From contig CM052816.1 of the NCBI GenBank assembly GCA_028534125.1, positions 18,478,001 to 18,542,000 on the forward strand: a stretch of 64,000 nt of DNA, written 5' to 3'. This stretch comes from Lama glama (lineage: Eukaryota). The first letter of the stretch is position 1, and each line of letters starts with the position of its first letter. The notes under the pieces were generated by a model, which had not been told where the DNA came from, ran no database searches, and saw only the letters and a program-made list of their open reading frames with translations. Of this stretch, positions 41,175 to 55,239 are shown piece after piece. The position numbers were made by a program, and so were the translations under genes.

Positions 41175-41660
41175 ATCTACGATAGATTGGATTATTGTTC
41201 TAAATATTCACTCCCTCCCTCTTGTGGAAGGAGTACACACTATACATCCATGCCCTTTGCCACGTGACTCTGCAGTAACTTCCCTTAGAAAAGGTGGAGT
41301 AAACATCTTTGCTCCTTTGATATTGACTTTGGCCATGTTGGCTTTGAAAAGCAGACATGACATGAGCATCAGTCTTCAGATGTACTTAGTGATTTGGCTT
41401 GGTCTTATGTGCTTTAGCCATCTGCCATTAGAAGAAAAGACCCCAGGTAGCCCTTGGTCCGAGGAGGATGAAAACACACATAGGGCAGAACTGATTCCAA
41501 CTCAGACTGGAGCCTCGCTCAACAGACCTGCAGCCTGAAGCTCAGCTACCTAAGTGCATTCACAGACTCGTAAGTGAGAAAAAGTAATGTTTGTTGTGGG
41601 GATAACAAACTGAGAACTGAGATTCCGGGGTTGTTTATTATGCTACAGTAGCCAACTAAA
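41175..41660. mobile_element. MLT1 (ERVL-MaLR) solo LTR
   Basis: ccctttgccacgtgactctgcagt...tgactttggccatg...ggggttgtttattatgctacagtagccaactaa. Confidence 0.7.
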
Positions 41661-41989
41661 ACATCCTTCAGTTCTCCTGATCTCTCACCCTCATTTATTT
41701 ATTCACTTATTAACTCCATCTCTCAATAATGTGACAGATATTTATTGAAGGCCAATTATGCATCAAGCATAGTTTGGGGCACTGGGAAAAAGACAAACAA
41801 AAGAGACAAAAGCCCCAGCTCTCAGAGAGTAAACAGATCATTTGTTAAATTATGAAATCGGGTAAAAGTTAGTACATCACATGGTAATGAGCACTTGGTA
41901 GAAAAAGGACACCATGAATGGGATTTGGGGGAAAGAGTGTTGGGAGGAGGAGCAACAGTGGCTGCTGTTTGCACGGAGTAGTCAGGGTT

Positions 41990-42760
41990 AAATCAGGTTG
42001 TCCTTCCACTTTCAGTCCAGCATCAAGTCTGATCAGTCCTGCCGGCAAGCTGTATCTTAACTCTCTCCACTTCTCTCCCCGTCTACTGTCCACGGATAAT
42101 CAGGTCCACATCCTAGTTCACTTTTCACATGGACTATCGTCTGCTTCCACTCAGCCCTGCTCCTATCTCTTTGTCACCCAACAGACATTACATGTTGAAA
42201 ATGGAAATAAGGTTATGGTAACTCTCAAAGTAAAGCTCTTCAAGGTCTTCCCATTGCATTTGGGATAAAATCCGGACCTTTATCATGGCCCTGTCCTAGG
42301 TGACACGGTCCCTGCCACGGCACCAGCACTCTCACATGGACCTTGCAAACACTAGCCTTCTTTCTGTTCCTCACATGCCACAAGCTACTCCCCAACTTAG
42401 GGCTTTATGCCTGTGGTTCCCTCTGCTTGTTCTTGCTCTCCACCTTGGTAACTTCTGAAAGGCCTTGCCCACCACTCCTCACCTGTCTCACTCCTTATCA
42501 ACCGAAGTCTCAGCTTAAAGGTCACTTCCTTACAAAAGCTTTCTCTGCTACCTCCACTCTAACTGCCCCTCCACTCTGTCTAGATTGGGTCCCCCCAGTA
42601 TACACTTCCAAAGCATCCAGCCCTTTCCCACGTGGGACTCTCTTCTCACATGTCATGACTTGATCAAAGTTTATATTCCCCACTGGAATTAAGCTCTTCT
42701 TCATAGTTGAATCCTCAACACTTAGATCAGGGCCTGGAGTGCTGTAGGCCTTCAATAAAC
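41990..42760 (+). mobile_element. L2 fragment
   Basis: aagctcttcaaggtcttcccattgcatttgggataaaatcc...tcagcttaaaggtcacttcc...gccttcaataaa. Confidence 0.7.
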
Positions 42761-44496
42761 AGTCACTAGATTTTCTGCTTCAATTCTGGTTTTACATTTG
42801 CTCCTAGAAAAATCCCTTTATTTGCATTTAATTTTTAAAAATTTCCTAGTCAAATTTTAATATGTAGTAGGGTGTCATTGCTCCCACTTTGCAAGCAAAA
42901 CTCAGCCCCTAGGTTTAGCATTCATTCATTCACTTATTTATTCAACCTAAATACTTATGTAGTACTTACTGTGTCCCTGGCATTGGGCCAAGTACTGGGA
43001 CTACAGAAGTGAGTGGCATTTTCTTTACTGTGGTGAAGCTCACAGTCTCCAGGAGGATGTTTGCTTGTCTTCTGTCTTCAAGATCCTTGCATACTGGATG
43101 GAAGAATCAGAAACCAGAAAATCAAAATCTGTCATTTCAAAGCTGTCAGCCCAACTGTTTATAATGGAGGAGACTTTTCATACCTTTGAGGATCCCTTGT
43201 TTTGTAAAAAGCTTCCACGTATCATAGACTACTCAATCATGGAGAATGTGAAACAAAGACCCTTTTCTGAAATGGAGCTTTTAGTGTTAGATGATTAAAC
43301 TATTCAGTCTGATCATTTGTAAGGTAGTTTCAGGCAGAGTTAGATCCCCCTAAACTACACCTCCTGAAATGTTTTATTGCTAAGTATGAAGTTAAAAAAA
43401 TAGCTTTACAGTTTTTATAAAAACAGTGCATGGCACAAAAAGAGTAAAAATTACTTGAAATCACACAAACAGAAATAACCATGGTTAACAAGTGATGGAC
43501 CATCTTGCCAGACGTCTCTCTCTTCATACATATAATGATAAAAGCTAATATTGATCAAACACATACTTTATGCTAAGTACAGAGCAGTATGCTTTATATA
43601 TTTTATTAAACACCACAGTCAACTTACAATGTAGTTGCTATTACTAACACTATCATCCTCCTTTTTCTAAATGAAGAATCTAAGGCACAGATTAAGGAAC
43701 TCGTTGTGGTGAAGGCACATGTATCTACAGCCTGCTTGGGGTTACAACTCCTGGAAATATTTCTAATTCCATCTTGGAGGGTGCCTTTTTTTTTAAAGAA
43801 CTGACATTGGCAAAATGCTTTGCTGCTGGTTGAGAGAAATAACAGAATTTGGTTGAAATATTTTGTACCTAGGCCCCATTCCTCATTCTGCATGCTTTGT
43901 AACATCTTGCTTTCTCTGCTTTCCACAACCCTATCCCTCTAACTCCTCCTACTATCCGCCTGTTCCCAGTCCACAAGCTGGTCTCTTTGCTGTCCCCACT
44001 CCTCCCAACTCACCATCACATTCCCATCAGCACACCTTTGCTGTCACAGTAACCTCTGTAGGAAATGGCCCCTCCCGCAGCCTGTCCCATCTTTCCCTCT
44101 CAGGCCAACTTAAATGCCTCTCCTGCCTGGTCCTCACCGATCTCTACTTAATTCTTGGCCCCATGAGAGGTACATAAGAAGGAAGAGATATGCAATGGAG
44201 AGATGGTGGGGGGTAAGGGGTTTCACAGCCACTTTACAATAAGGAAATGGAGACTCAGAGAAGTGACAGCAGTTCCTGGGTTTATACAGATCGTCAGTAA
44301 TGGAACTAGAATTCAAATCCGTCGAGTCTGATGCCCAAATTCCTAACCACTATGCGATACTGCCTGCTCACTTGATTTATTGAAAGAGTCTGAAGTCTTT
44401 CATCACCCCAGCAAAACGGTTCTTGTGAATCTTATGATAATAGTCAAGGAACCACAGTATTGTATGAACTGAGCTGGGAAAAAAACCCGGTTACTA

Positions 44497-44497
44497 A

Positions 44498-44557
<60 letters not shown>

Positions 44558-44566
44558 ACGAACGAA
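44497..44566 (+). repeat. (GAAA)n microsatellite ending in GAAC units
   Basis: About 15 perfect AAAG units, read directly. Confidence 0.97.
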
Positions 44567-47500
44567 TATGTCGCTGCACACAACTGCAGTTTTTAAACTG
44601 AATATGTGTCCTTTGGTGATGGTGAAGTCACACAGAGCAAGTAGGTCATAAAATTCTGTGTTTATTCTAACAGTCAGGTAAGGGCCCTGAGCAAGCTCAA
44701 AAGGCCCTGGGTGAATGGAGTTACTGTTCCAACATGTTTATCTTGAAGTGTACTGAAACCTATTAATTCTATTTGTATAATGACTAATGCCTCTGTGGCT
44801 GTATCATTTACAATATGGTGGCATTACTAATGTGCCACATTAAAGGTGATCTGAACTGATGAATCAAATCAGTTAAGCTCCTCTAAGTCAACTCTGGCTA
44901 CCCAAGTCATGTCGTGTAATGTTTCCACTGCAGAGAGGAGCTGTGGTAAGCAGCCCAGGAGAGGGTTGATCTCATCTGTGCTGCCTCCACAAACCTGTTT
45001 TGGCAAGAGCACTGTCACATTATGTGCTAAAAACCAGAGTTCACTATGTGCTAAAAACCTTTTAAAAATGAGGTATGAAGTCAGCAAAGTCGCCTGCCTT
45101 GAGTGTGTCATGGACCAAGTAGTGGGGGCCCCCTGCTAAAAACAAGATGTCTGAGCTCCAATGTGGTCCTGGCTATGATGTCAAAAACCATCTGGGCAGG
45201 CTTCTGGTGTTTAGGACCACAGGAAAGAAGTCTATTTGTCATATAGGTTAAAATATTTATTTTACTTGCTTATGATTGCTGGATAAGTTTCTATTATACG
45301 CCAGGCACCGTAATGGTAAGGAAATCATCCCATATATTGTCCTATTTATTCGTGAAAAATAAGGATATTCAGAGATAAAGATATCAACACTTGCCTCTCT
45401 CCTTGACCCTCCCTCCTTATCTCTTCCTTTAGTCAGTTGTCTATCCTGATCTCTGCCTTCATGATGGAAACCTCCTTTCTGATTCATTGATTCACTCAAC
45501 TAACATTTATGGAGGGCTGGCTATGTGCCAGGACTTGGGCTAGACACTGGGAATGCCTTAGAGCACAAAAGCAGGCAGGGCCCCTGCTCACATGGAATGC
45601 AGTCAAGTCAGGAAGACAGACGTACATCGCTCCATCTCTAGTCTGCCCAACTAAGATGGACCCAAAACACCCCCTTTATTCTTTTGATCAGCATTGCCTG
45701 AGCTAAACTTTTCAACTGCAAAATCGTTTTCCTCTCTCTACTCAGCATCACATGACTGGAATTCATCTTTGAGGTCTATAACCAACCTCAGGGAAATAGG
45801 TACACTCACTCCTTGCTTGCTTTTGTCGTTTTTGCAATTTTGACATAGCCATAAACAAACTGGAGTAACCAGAGGCACCCAGACTCCCAAGCACCCACAC
45901 CTGCATTGACTCCTGAAAGGTTCAGTGGTGCTGGCGATTATCATTGACTCACAAACAGACCATGCCTTTACCTGGCTGGGATAGGTCACCTTAAGGACCC
46001 TAACGATTCTGAAACTGCCAGGATGCATGAACAATTTCAACAGCAGGCTAATGTGCCACAGCTACATGAGCGTATCAGGCAAACAGACGGTACACACAGG
46101 TTTCCGTGCTGAGTGGTTTCTAGCTGCCACCTCTAGAGACTCATAACAGCCTTAAAGAGGAACCAAAGAGGTCCTTTTTTTTTTTATCTACACAGCACAC
46201 AATGAGGACAAACACGCAGAGAGAAACCCATTCCTCATCCACACCCTTGGATTGTTCTTACCCCTTAAAACTGAAAGGGAAGGATGAACTTGAGCTACCC
46301 ATGGTAAAGGAAGCATATTGCAAGGCTGTCAGGCCATGCAGTGTGGCAAGGGATATGGCAAGCCATAAAGTCACTCTGGTCCCAGGGCTACCCAGGGAAG
46401 GGTAGCGACACATCTGTCCAATTCTTTGCTGCGGTGCCTGGTATGTAGTGGTGCATAGCCGACCCACGGTAAATGTTTGTTAATTGAGTCCTAATGTAAA
46501 ATATACAAAAGGCATTTTTGCTCTTATTACCTTGAGGGAAAAATCTAGACAGGACACCCCAAATTAATAGGTAAAACAATTCCATTTCTACAAGTTTTTA
46601 CTGTAGAGATTGGTTTCTTGGTGTGTGTATGTGTGTGTAGGGGTTCCTCTCCTCTTGAGGGATCTAGAAAGGCCCTAGGAGTAAACAGCCTGGTTCAAGA
46701 TCGTAGGGTGAATTATGTAGACCTTCCCTTTATGAAAGCATTGGAAATGGCGCTTCACTCACCTCTGAACCTGGAGGAGAGTTCTTGCCACAGTTGGAAT
46801 GACAGTAGAGTGACAGGGCCCCTAAGGGATGGTGCTGTCCCCAAAAGAGAAATAAAGATACTACATTCACTTGCCCTTTCCCTGCAGCTGGGGTAGGACT
46901 CGACTGTGGGTGAGGTCAAGTTTTCCTCATCCTCTCTGGCCTGGGGAAGGGGACCCAAGGGCCTGCCCGCCCACTGGCTTGCAGCTCACCTGGAGGTGCG
47001 GGCTCTCTCCAGGCTCTCTACGAGGTGGGGCCCATGCTGTGTGCAGAGCTTTGGGCACTTTTGCACATGGACATCTTCTATTTTATTTCATCTTCCAGAA
47101 ACCCACATGACCATGGTCTCATTCCAGTCTGATCATCTCACAACCTCAACAGGGAGAGCCGACCCATGGTGGTCCATGAACCATGAATGAAGAGGGCAGA
47201 CCAGGAAGCTACCTGTGCGTTGGAAGGTCTCTGTGGGAGATACTGGCTCCTCTGAAGCAGAACTCACAGAGAAGCGCTTTCTACCCCCAGGCCAGGCCTT
47301 CTGCTGTACCACTCCTCAGGCCAAACAGCTCCAAGACTCCAGTTCCATGAAGGTGTCTTCAGATACTAACGGCACCTTTTCTTGCCTGGGTGGCTCTTTG
47401 GATCTGACGGGAGGTTGGCCACTGAGGAAGACGTGCAGAGAAAGAAGGCAGGGCCAGCCTGGGTAGTGGAGACCCAGGGGGCTTGAGAGAGTCCTTCCTA

Positions 47501-48039
47501 TTCCCCTCCTGTTACTCACAGTCTGGGGGGAATTGGTCAGAGGGGCCTTTGAGTTTGATCTGGGACAAAGAAAATAAAATGGTGGAGTAAGCATTGGGTC
47601 AGGAAGGAGAACCGTGTGAGGGGAAAGCAGACTTAGAATTCAGGAGGTAAGAGTGAGGAGGTCTCTGTGGCTCAGAGAAGGGTGGAGGTCGGGCACAAGT
47701 GGTGTCAGGAAGAGGGTGTTTAGAGTCCACCAGGAGGAAAGGAACCAGGGTCTGCAAGGCTTAGAGGAAAGTTGGCAGAGGGAAAATCCGTGAGGCTTTG
47801 AGTTGGGAGCCCTTTGGGTTCAAGAGGGAAAGGATCTGGGAGACTGAGCCCATGGGCAACAGCCCACATTTCCTGAGGAAGGAAGAAGGCCCAGGAGTCC
47901 AGACAAGGAGTGCACAGGATGGAACCAGACAGTCTGGCATGTCAGGTTCCTGTCCAGTAAAAAGGACAAAGATTAAAACTAGACTGTCAAGTGTATATTT
48001 TTTACCATATTCATTTCAGAGCCTCTTCATCTTGATTTC

Positions 48040-48732
48040 TCATTTTTTAAAAAATTATGGTCAGTTTTTAATATTGTGTCAATTTCTGGTGTACAGCAAT
48101 GTTTCAGTCATACATATACATACATATATTCCTTTTCATATTCTTTTTCATTTTAAGTTACTACAGGATATTGAACACAGTTCCCTGTGCTATACAGAAG
48201 ACACTTGCTGTTTATCTATTATATATACAGTATTTAGTATCTGCAAATCTTGAACTCCCAATTTATCCCTTCCTACTCATTTCACCCTCTAGTAACTGTA
48301 AGATTTCTACATCTGTGAGTCTGTTTCTGTTTTATAAATGAGTTCATTTGTATCTTTTTTTTTTAGATTCCACATATGAGTGATATCATATAGTGTTTTT
48401 CTTTCTCTTTCTGACTTCATGTAGAATGACGATCTCCAGGCCCATCCATGTTGCTGCAAATGGCATTATTTTATTCTTTTAATGGCTGAGTAGTATTCCA
48501 TTGTATAAATATACCACAGCTTCTTTATCCAGTCATCTGTCAGTGGACATTTAGGTTGTTTCCACGTCTTGGCTATTGTAAATAGTGCTGCTATGAACAT
48601 TGGGGTGTATGTGTATTTCTGAATTAAGATTCCCTTTGGATATATACCCAGGAGTGGGACTGCTCGATCCATACTGTTTTCCATAATGGCTGAACCAAAC
48701 TACATTCCCACCAACAATGTAGGAGGGTTCCC
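48040..48732 (-). mobile_element. Cetartiodactyl/camelid-type L1 3' end
   Basis: ORF 48466-48684 PMFIAALFTIAKTWKQPKCPLTDDWIKKLWYIYTMEYYSAIK matches the L1 ORF2p C-terminus; the 3'UTR follows. Confidence 0.92.
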
Positions 48733-48900
48733 TTGCAGGCACTTGAGTCAATTCAACTCTTAACTCTCTCCCTCAGTAAAGGAATGGATAGTTAGTAAAA
48801 GGAGGGGTCCAGCTCTGTGAGAGATACTTCAGTCTTGAAAAGTTCATCCTCCATCTATTTCCAAGTAAGATATTCAGAGGCCCTGAGTGTATGCGTGCAT

Positions 48901-48902
<2 letters not shown>

Positions 48903-48938
<36 letters not shown>
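48903..48938 (+). repeat. (GT)n microsatellite
   Basis: Read directly. Confidence 0.97.
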
Positions 48939-48940
<2 letters not shown>

Positions 48941-51900
48941 GGGGTAGTGGTGCTGGTAGTCACGTGTATCTCCATAAAAATCATTTCTTTTCCCTCTCTC
49001 ACTGCCCCCTTTCCAGCCCTGTCCACTTCTCTCCATTTTCTCCATCCTCTCCAACTAGAGGGTCTACCAGAGTGTTCCATCCCCAAATGCCTCCACCCTT
49101 GTCCACTCTTACTCACCTCTCAGATCTCAGCATCAATTCCTTAAGAGAGCCCTTCCTGAAGCCCAGACTAAAGGGGTTCCTTCGTTCTAGGTTTCCATAG
49201 AACTTGTTTCCTCTTTCAGAGCACATCCATCCCTTTGCTATAATATACTCAGGATGGTGATTTCTATGTTATTATATACTCAGGGTGCTGATTGACAGTC
49301 ATCTCCCTTGTTAGTCTGTAAGCCCCATGAAGTTAGACACATCTGTTGATGTTCACCAGCACCCCTGGATGCTCCCACTGATCCACAGCATGTGTTCCCC
49401 TTCCCCATGACTCACACCCATCAGGATAGGGAAACAAATGCTCTGGAAATCCAAAGAAGGATCTAATGCCCTTTTCTGTGGGATGACTTTTTAATGTTTG
49501 AGGGTAGTTCACATGACAACCCACACTTCCCCATCTCACCTCCATAAATCTTAATGTCAAAAAGCCTCATGTGAGAGTTCTGACTTTTCCTCAGAAATAT
49601 ATAGTAAAATGATGAAAGCTCTCAGAGACCAAAGGACATGCCACCTTTTCTATATGTCCAGTTATCTTATGGAATCAAGAGAAGTATGTGCTCTGTTCCT
49701 CAAGCTCAGGCAGTGGTAGTTCTAGAGTTTTGATGATGCTTTGCTGGGGAGGAGGCCCCCTTGGCGGCGAGAACCCCCAGAACATGAGGAGCCACGAGCA
49801 GAGCCTGCCCAGTCATCTGGTTCCCAGAACTGACAGTCCCCACTGTACGATCAGTCTAGCTCACCTAGAACCAAAGTTTTAAGAATTAGAGAGTCATAAG
49901 GGGAAACACGAAAGTTTTTCTGGGCCTCTGGGAGGAAGGGAAGAAGGGAAGAGCTGCTGTGCTGAGTTCCCACCCTGCGAGATGAATCAGGTCCTCAGGA
50001 AGCCCTTCCCTCCTGGCTGGCTCCAACCCAGATCTGCACCCTGGGGGAGGTGGCTCTGACCTTAGACTCCCTGCCAGCCCCATGGGAGGGAAGGGGAGGG
50101 GGCTGTCCTGGCATCCAGACCTGACTAGCTGCTCCTCTGCTCTGAAGCTGATTGGCGTTTGCTGTCCTCAGTCGGGGAACAGATCCTTGAGCTGCCCGTG
50201 CTCCAGGTCTAGGAAAACTGGACCACTGCTTACCAAAGATCTCACCAAAGAGCCCAAATCAAACCACCTCTCCAGATCCTTGAAACTGCAAACCAACCCT
50301 CCAACCTAGCTGAATGCCCCAAGGCCCCTTAGATTTATCTACCCTCAGGTTTTTTGATGTGCATTTCCTGAATCATCTTTACTGTTTTTTTTTAAATTCA
50401 AAATTCATATATCTTCATCTTGAAGGAGTCAAGCATTATAGAAAGAAATAGTGAGGAAAGTGCAAATCTCCTGTATTCTCCCCACCTCCCCCATCAAGGT
50501 GACAGCCGTTAACAGTTCCTGGTGTATTCATCCAGATCTTGTCTCTATGCATATGCTAACACAAGGAACTCCACTGTATTTAATATTTCACAATCTAGTT
50601 TTCTACTAAATACACAGTGGGAACCTTCCTGTGCCACTCTATTCTATACACTAAATCACCTCAATATTTTAAACAGCTTCTGTGAATGGATTTTGCATGT
50701 TCTCTCTCTCCCTTTTCTGTGATTCCAAGCATGGTATAGTGAGCATCCTCACAGCTTTGCAAGTTGAGATGGGCACATGGGCTGTTTCTGATTCCTTTCC
50801 TCAACTGGCTTGCTGCATCACCAGTTTTGTGCCTCTGCCTCTGTGCAGGCATCTGCTTGTTTCTCCACAAGACAGATTTCTCGAAGTAAAAGCTCGGTTA
50901 AAGGGTAGGTGCATCCTGAGTCTTGAAATACTGCCAAATTGTGCTCTCAGAAGGCTGTGCCAGTTTTCACTCCTCCTGGCAGTGTGTGAATTACTCAGTC
51001 GTGCTTTAAGATTGTCCTTGGCTTTACTGAAGGATGTGCTAAGACACAGCTACACGGACCCGGTTCCTGAACTTGCCATGGGATTTGTGCTCAGCACAGT
51101 ATGAGCGACATCATTCAGCACCTGTCATGAAGCCCCAGGTGAGACTGCACACGAGGAACGAGAAGGTCCAAAGAAACTTCTGAGAAACCCTGAGAGACAG
51201 ACACGAGCAGGATGGAGAAAGACAGACAGACAGACAGGTAGGCAGGGAGAGCCCTGTGTCCTCTCTCCTATCCAAGATGCTCACCATTTTTTCTTACTGG
51301 ATGTTCTGCGCCCCACCACCCCGCTCAAAACACACACACACTCAATCACTATTCCCAGTTTCCTGTGCCCTGGACTCCATCAGTTATCCAGATAAATGGT
51401 CCAAGGCTCACTGAAGATTCTATTACACTGTTGTTTGGCTCTGCAAGTGTACAAACTTGCCGTGAGCCTGCAGTGCAGTGTGATTGTCAGGTTCTGGAAA
51501 GAAATGGCATCTTGATTGGTTAGATATCAGCTGCGTTGTGAACCATTGTGTCTTTAAAATTCTCCACTGCTCTGTCTACTCAGCCTGCCCATCTCTGTAT
51601 GATGCAGGGCTGCTGCGGGAAGAATGAGTATTTGATCCATGTAACCAGAAAAGATTAGAAAAAGAAGCAAAGTATAAGCCCATCCTGGGCCTCTGGCCAT
51701 AAGCTTTACAAGACAAGGGAGCCCTGAAAATAATAATTCACATCATACAATAGTTCACATTGATTCAGTACCATTCCAAATACATTTAATATATGTTTTA
51801 TATATACTTATATATAATACATATTTTTATATATGTATTATATAAATATACATACACACACATATACATATACACACACAGCTTAATTCTCCTATCAATC

Positions 51901-54900
51901 TAATGAGGTATGAATTATTTTCGGAGTCTAACCTGAGTGAAGCAGGCAGTCTGATCCCTCAGCTCACTCCGCCATGCTCACCTATCTGCACATCACGTCT
52001 CTCATTTTATAGAATGTTCCAAGTATATCATCTCATTTGATGTGCAAACAAAGCAAGGCTGGGAGTCTGGGAGGACAGATATTAATGTGCTTATCTGATA
52101 GATGGGGAAAATGAGGTCCAGAGATGCACCCAAAGAAATCCATGAAGCAAGTCCCTTGACTTTGGGGTTTCTCACCTGACACCCCTGGTGAGTGTTCATC
52201 TTTAGGTCTCAGATATTTCGCCAAAGCACAGAATTTCCTCAGGACTTGAAGCCCTGGGCACTTGGCCATCACAGGTGGCTCCCAGCCAGGTGACAGGATC
52301 TGTAGACAAGCTTGGCCCCTGCTGGCAGCCTGGTATTCCTTGGGCAAGTATTTTCAGAAGCCACTGACATCTTGGTTGGCTAGAAAGCCTGGCTCTCACC
52401 CACTGCCCAGCAATTGAACTGCTTATTGGCCCATGGGCTTATGAGTGTCAGCTGCTTTTTCTCATTACCATTTTCAATTAACGTATTGTTCTGGGCCCAA
52501 AGCTAACAGGCATGCCTTGGGATCGTTTACATTAATGCTGGGGCCCTGGTTTCTTTCTTTCTTTCTTTCTTTTTTAAGAAGAAAATTTCAGTTTTTGTGA
52601 AATGAACAATTAGAAACAGCAGCGATAGAGCCCTTGGTCGGGGGTCCGGGAGAGACGGGATGAGGACCCCTGGCAACCTAGACAGGTTGAACACATCCTT
52701 CAGGGCCCACATCAGCCCTCCTCGCTGGAGGCAGCTGCAGCGGCGGAACAAAGATGCAGGCGAGGGAGGAGACTGAGAGCTATAGCGCTTGCGGAAGAAG
52801 CACCCACTGTCCTGGGGGGACCCACGGCGTCTGTTACGGAGGGAAGCAGTCTGGAAGAGAGCTACATTTTATTAAACATCTACCCCATGCTGAGTGTGAC
52901 CGCCTTCATTTCACGTAACCTCCATGCAACTCTATAAAACATGAACTATCATCCCCCTCTTACAGGTAAAGAAACTAAGGCATAGAGAGGACAAACCTGA
53001 CCAGAGTCACACGCCCAGGGATGGAGGGTGGGGATGGGCACCAGTGAACACACACGTCTGTGGGAAAGTGGAGTGGGGGCACAGGACTGTGTGCAACTGG
53101 GTGGAAATTCCTTCAAATCCCATTTGAAAGGCTTGCTTCCTGCGATAACCTGCTTGCTTTTCATGGATTTCTTTGGGAAACACTTGCTCCTTATGGCGTA
53201 GAGATAGTCCAAGGATGCTGACTTGAAAACCAGTCTTCTCAGGGTGTAAACAAACGAACAAAAAAGGCTTCTGCTTCTCCTTCCCCTCAAGGTGTTTATT
53301 GGATGGCTGGTGGACACAGATGAGAAAAGCCCCATCCCTACTACTGCTGCTGCAACATGGCAGGGGGCTGGAGGTCAGAGTGGGAGACATATACGACCAT
53401 TCCAAGAGCAGGAGGACAGGAGGCAGACAGAGTAGGCAGACCAAGTCCAGACCTTTGACTGCCACTGCTTTACCAGAAACACCTCAAAAGAGGTGTCAGA
53501 AGAGCCAAAAGTGGGCCTTTTGAGCTGCCATCAACCAAGGGACCTGGAGCCAGTCCTCCTAACTGGGCAGAGCCTCAGTTTCTCCACCTGTAAAGGGAAT
53601 GAATTGGCTGAGCAGCTCCCTAAGGTCTCCCAGTTGCAAAGCCCTCTGCTTTGCATCAGAGAAGATCTGGGTCTCTCATTTTCCTGCAAGCTGTGAAAGC
53701 TGCCTTACCTATTATTCTTTCACACCCAAACTCTTTGATGGTAATTGATTTTCTTCTGTATGTGATTTTAAGTTGCAAATTCATTTAATTATCTCTGTCT
53801 TTGATCCAGGCCACGTAGTCTTCATTGGATCCGAATTTAGAGATAGACCAAATGACTCCAAGAGTTGAACGGCTACCGTCCCCACCCCCACCTCATCCGA
53901 CATCCAGCAGCACTCACTTCCTGAAGAGGGTATATAAATAGTCGGCACGTTTGCAGGACTTTGCAGGCTACCTTTTGTTTCTCCTCCAGAGGGTGTTCAT
54001 GTGTATGAGCTACAGGAGATGGGGCGTGAAGAAGCTGAAAGATCTAACAGAGAGGAAAGGCCGGAAGTTTACAGGGAAGATGGCTGATGTTTGCCAACGG
54101 GGTGAAAAAGTCAGACATCTGGTTGCTGATTGTGTTTCCTGCTGAAACTCGGGGCAAAAGGTCCCCTACAAGTGTGGGTCTGGGTAAGAGGAGAGGAAAG
54201 GGAGTAGGAGGGTGGATATGAGACAGAAATCCTGCAGCTGGGGCAGGAGGAAGGGGTGGGTGAAAACAACAGCCCTATATTCTTTGGGCTCAAATCTTCC
54301 AAGAGTGGGATGGAGATTTGACAAAACATTTCAAAGCACACCAGCTTCCGGGGAGGGAGCAGTATCTTCGAGGCCCTTACAGGTTTGCCCTTGGCCCATC
54401 TCCATGTTCGCAGGAGGAGCTGCACAGCTCTGATCCAAAGTCCTGCCAGATAACAGATGCTGGGAGTCAACCCTGGATTCTTCATTAACGGTGCAAATGA
54501 GAAAGAAGGAAAATAAACAGATAACCGGATGCTTGGTGTGTGTCCCCGACTGCAGTAATCCCTCACATTTTACAAAGGACCATGTCCTCCATGTGATTCC
54601 CATCATCCCATCCTGGAGAAGGAAGAGGGGGTCAGGGCTGGGCTATGAATCCTCATTTCACAGAAGAAGAAACAGGCTCAGAAAAGAGAACTAATTCAAC
54701 CCACATCTCAGAGCCTCATGAGGCCTTGATTAGGCCTCCGGGCCCAGTAGATACATCATATATCTGATGTAGCTGAGATGGCCATCCTAGTAGGCTACTC
54801 TTATCATCAATTTGATTTTTTGTCTTCTAAACAAAGGGAACTGGAAACTAAAACTGGTGTGAGAAGGAGCACAGAGAGAGGGCTAGAGGCTCATATCAAG

Positions 54901-54913
54901 AGAGAGGCAGAGA

Positions 54914-55095
54914 AACTTAGAAAAGAAACTTGCAGTTACCAGGGTGCACAGGGTAGTGGGATAAAGTGGGAGTTCAGGATTCACAAATACTAACTACTCT
55001 ATATAAAATAGATAAACAGCAAGGTCCTACTCTGTAGCACAGGGAACTATATTCAGTACCTCATAATAGCCTATATTGAAAGGGACTATGAAAAG

Positions 55096-55148
<53 letters not shown>

Positions 55149-55239
55149 CATATTAAAAAAACTGAATCACTATGCTGTACACCAGAAATTAACACAACAT
55201 TGTAAATCAACTATACTTTAATTAAAAACTTTAAAAAAA
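54914..55239 (+). mobile_element. 5'-truncated L1 3' end with TSD and internal (TA)n
   Basis: Perfect TSD agaggcagaga (54903-54913 and 55240-55250), body aaggtcctactctgtagcacagggaactatattcagtacc, and an A tail. Confidence 0.9.
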
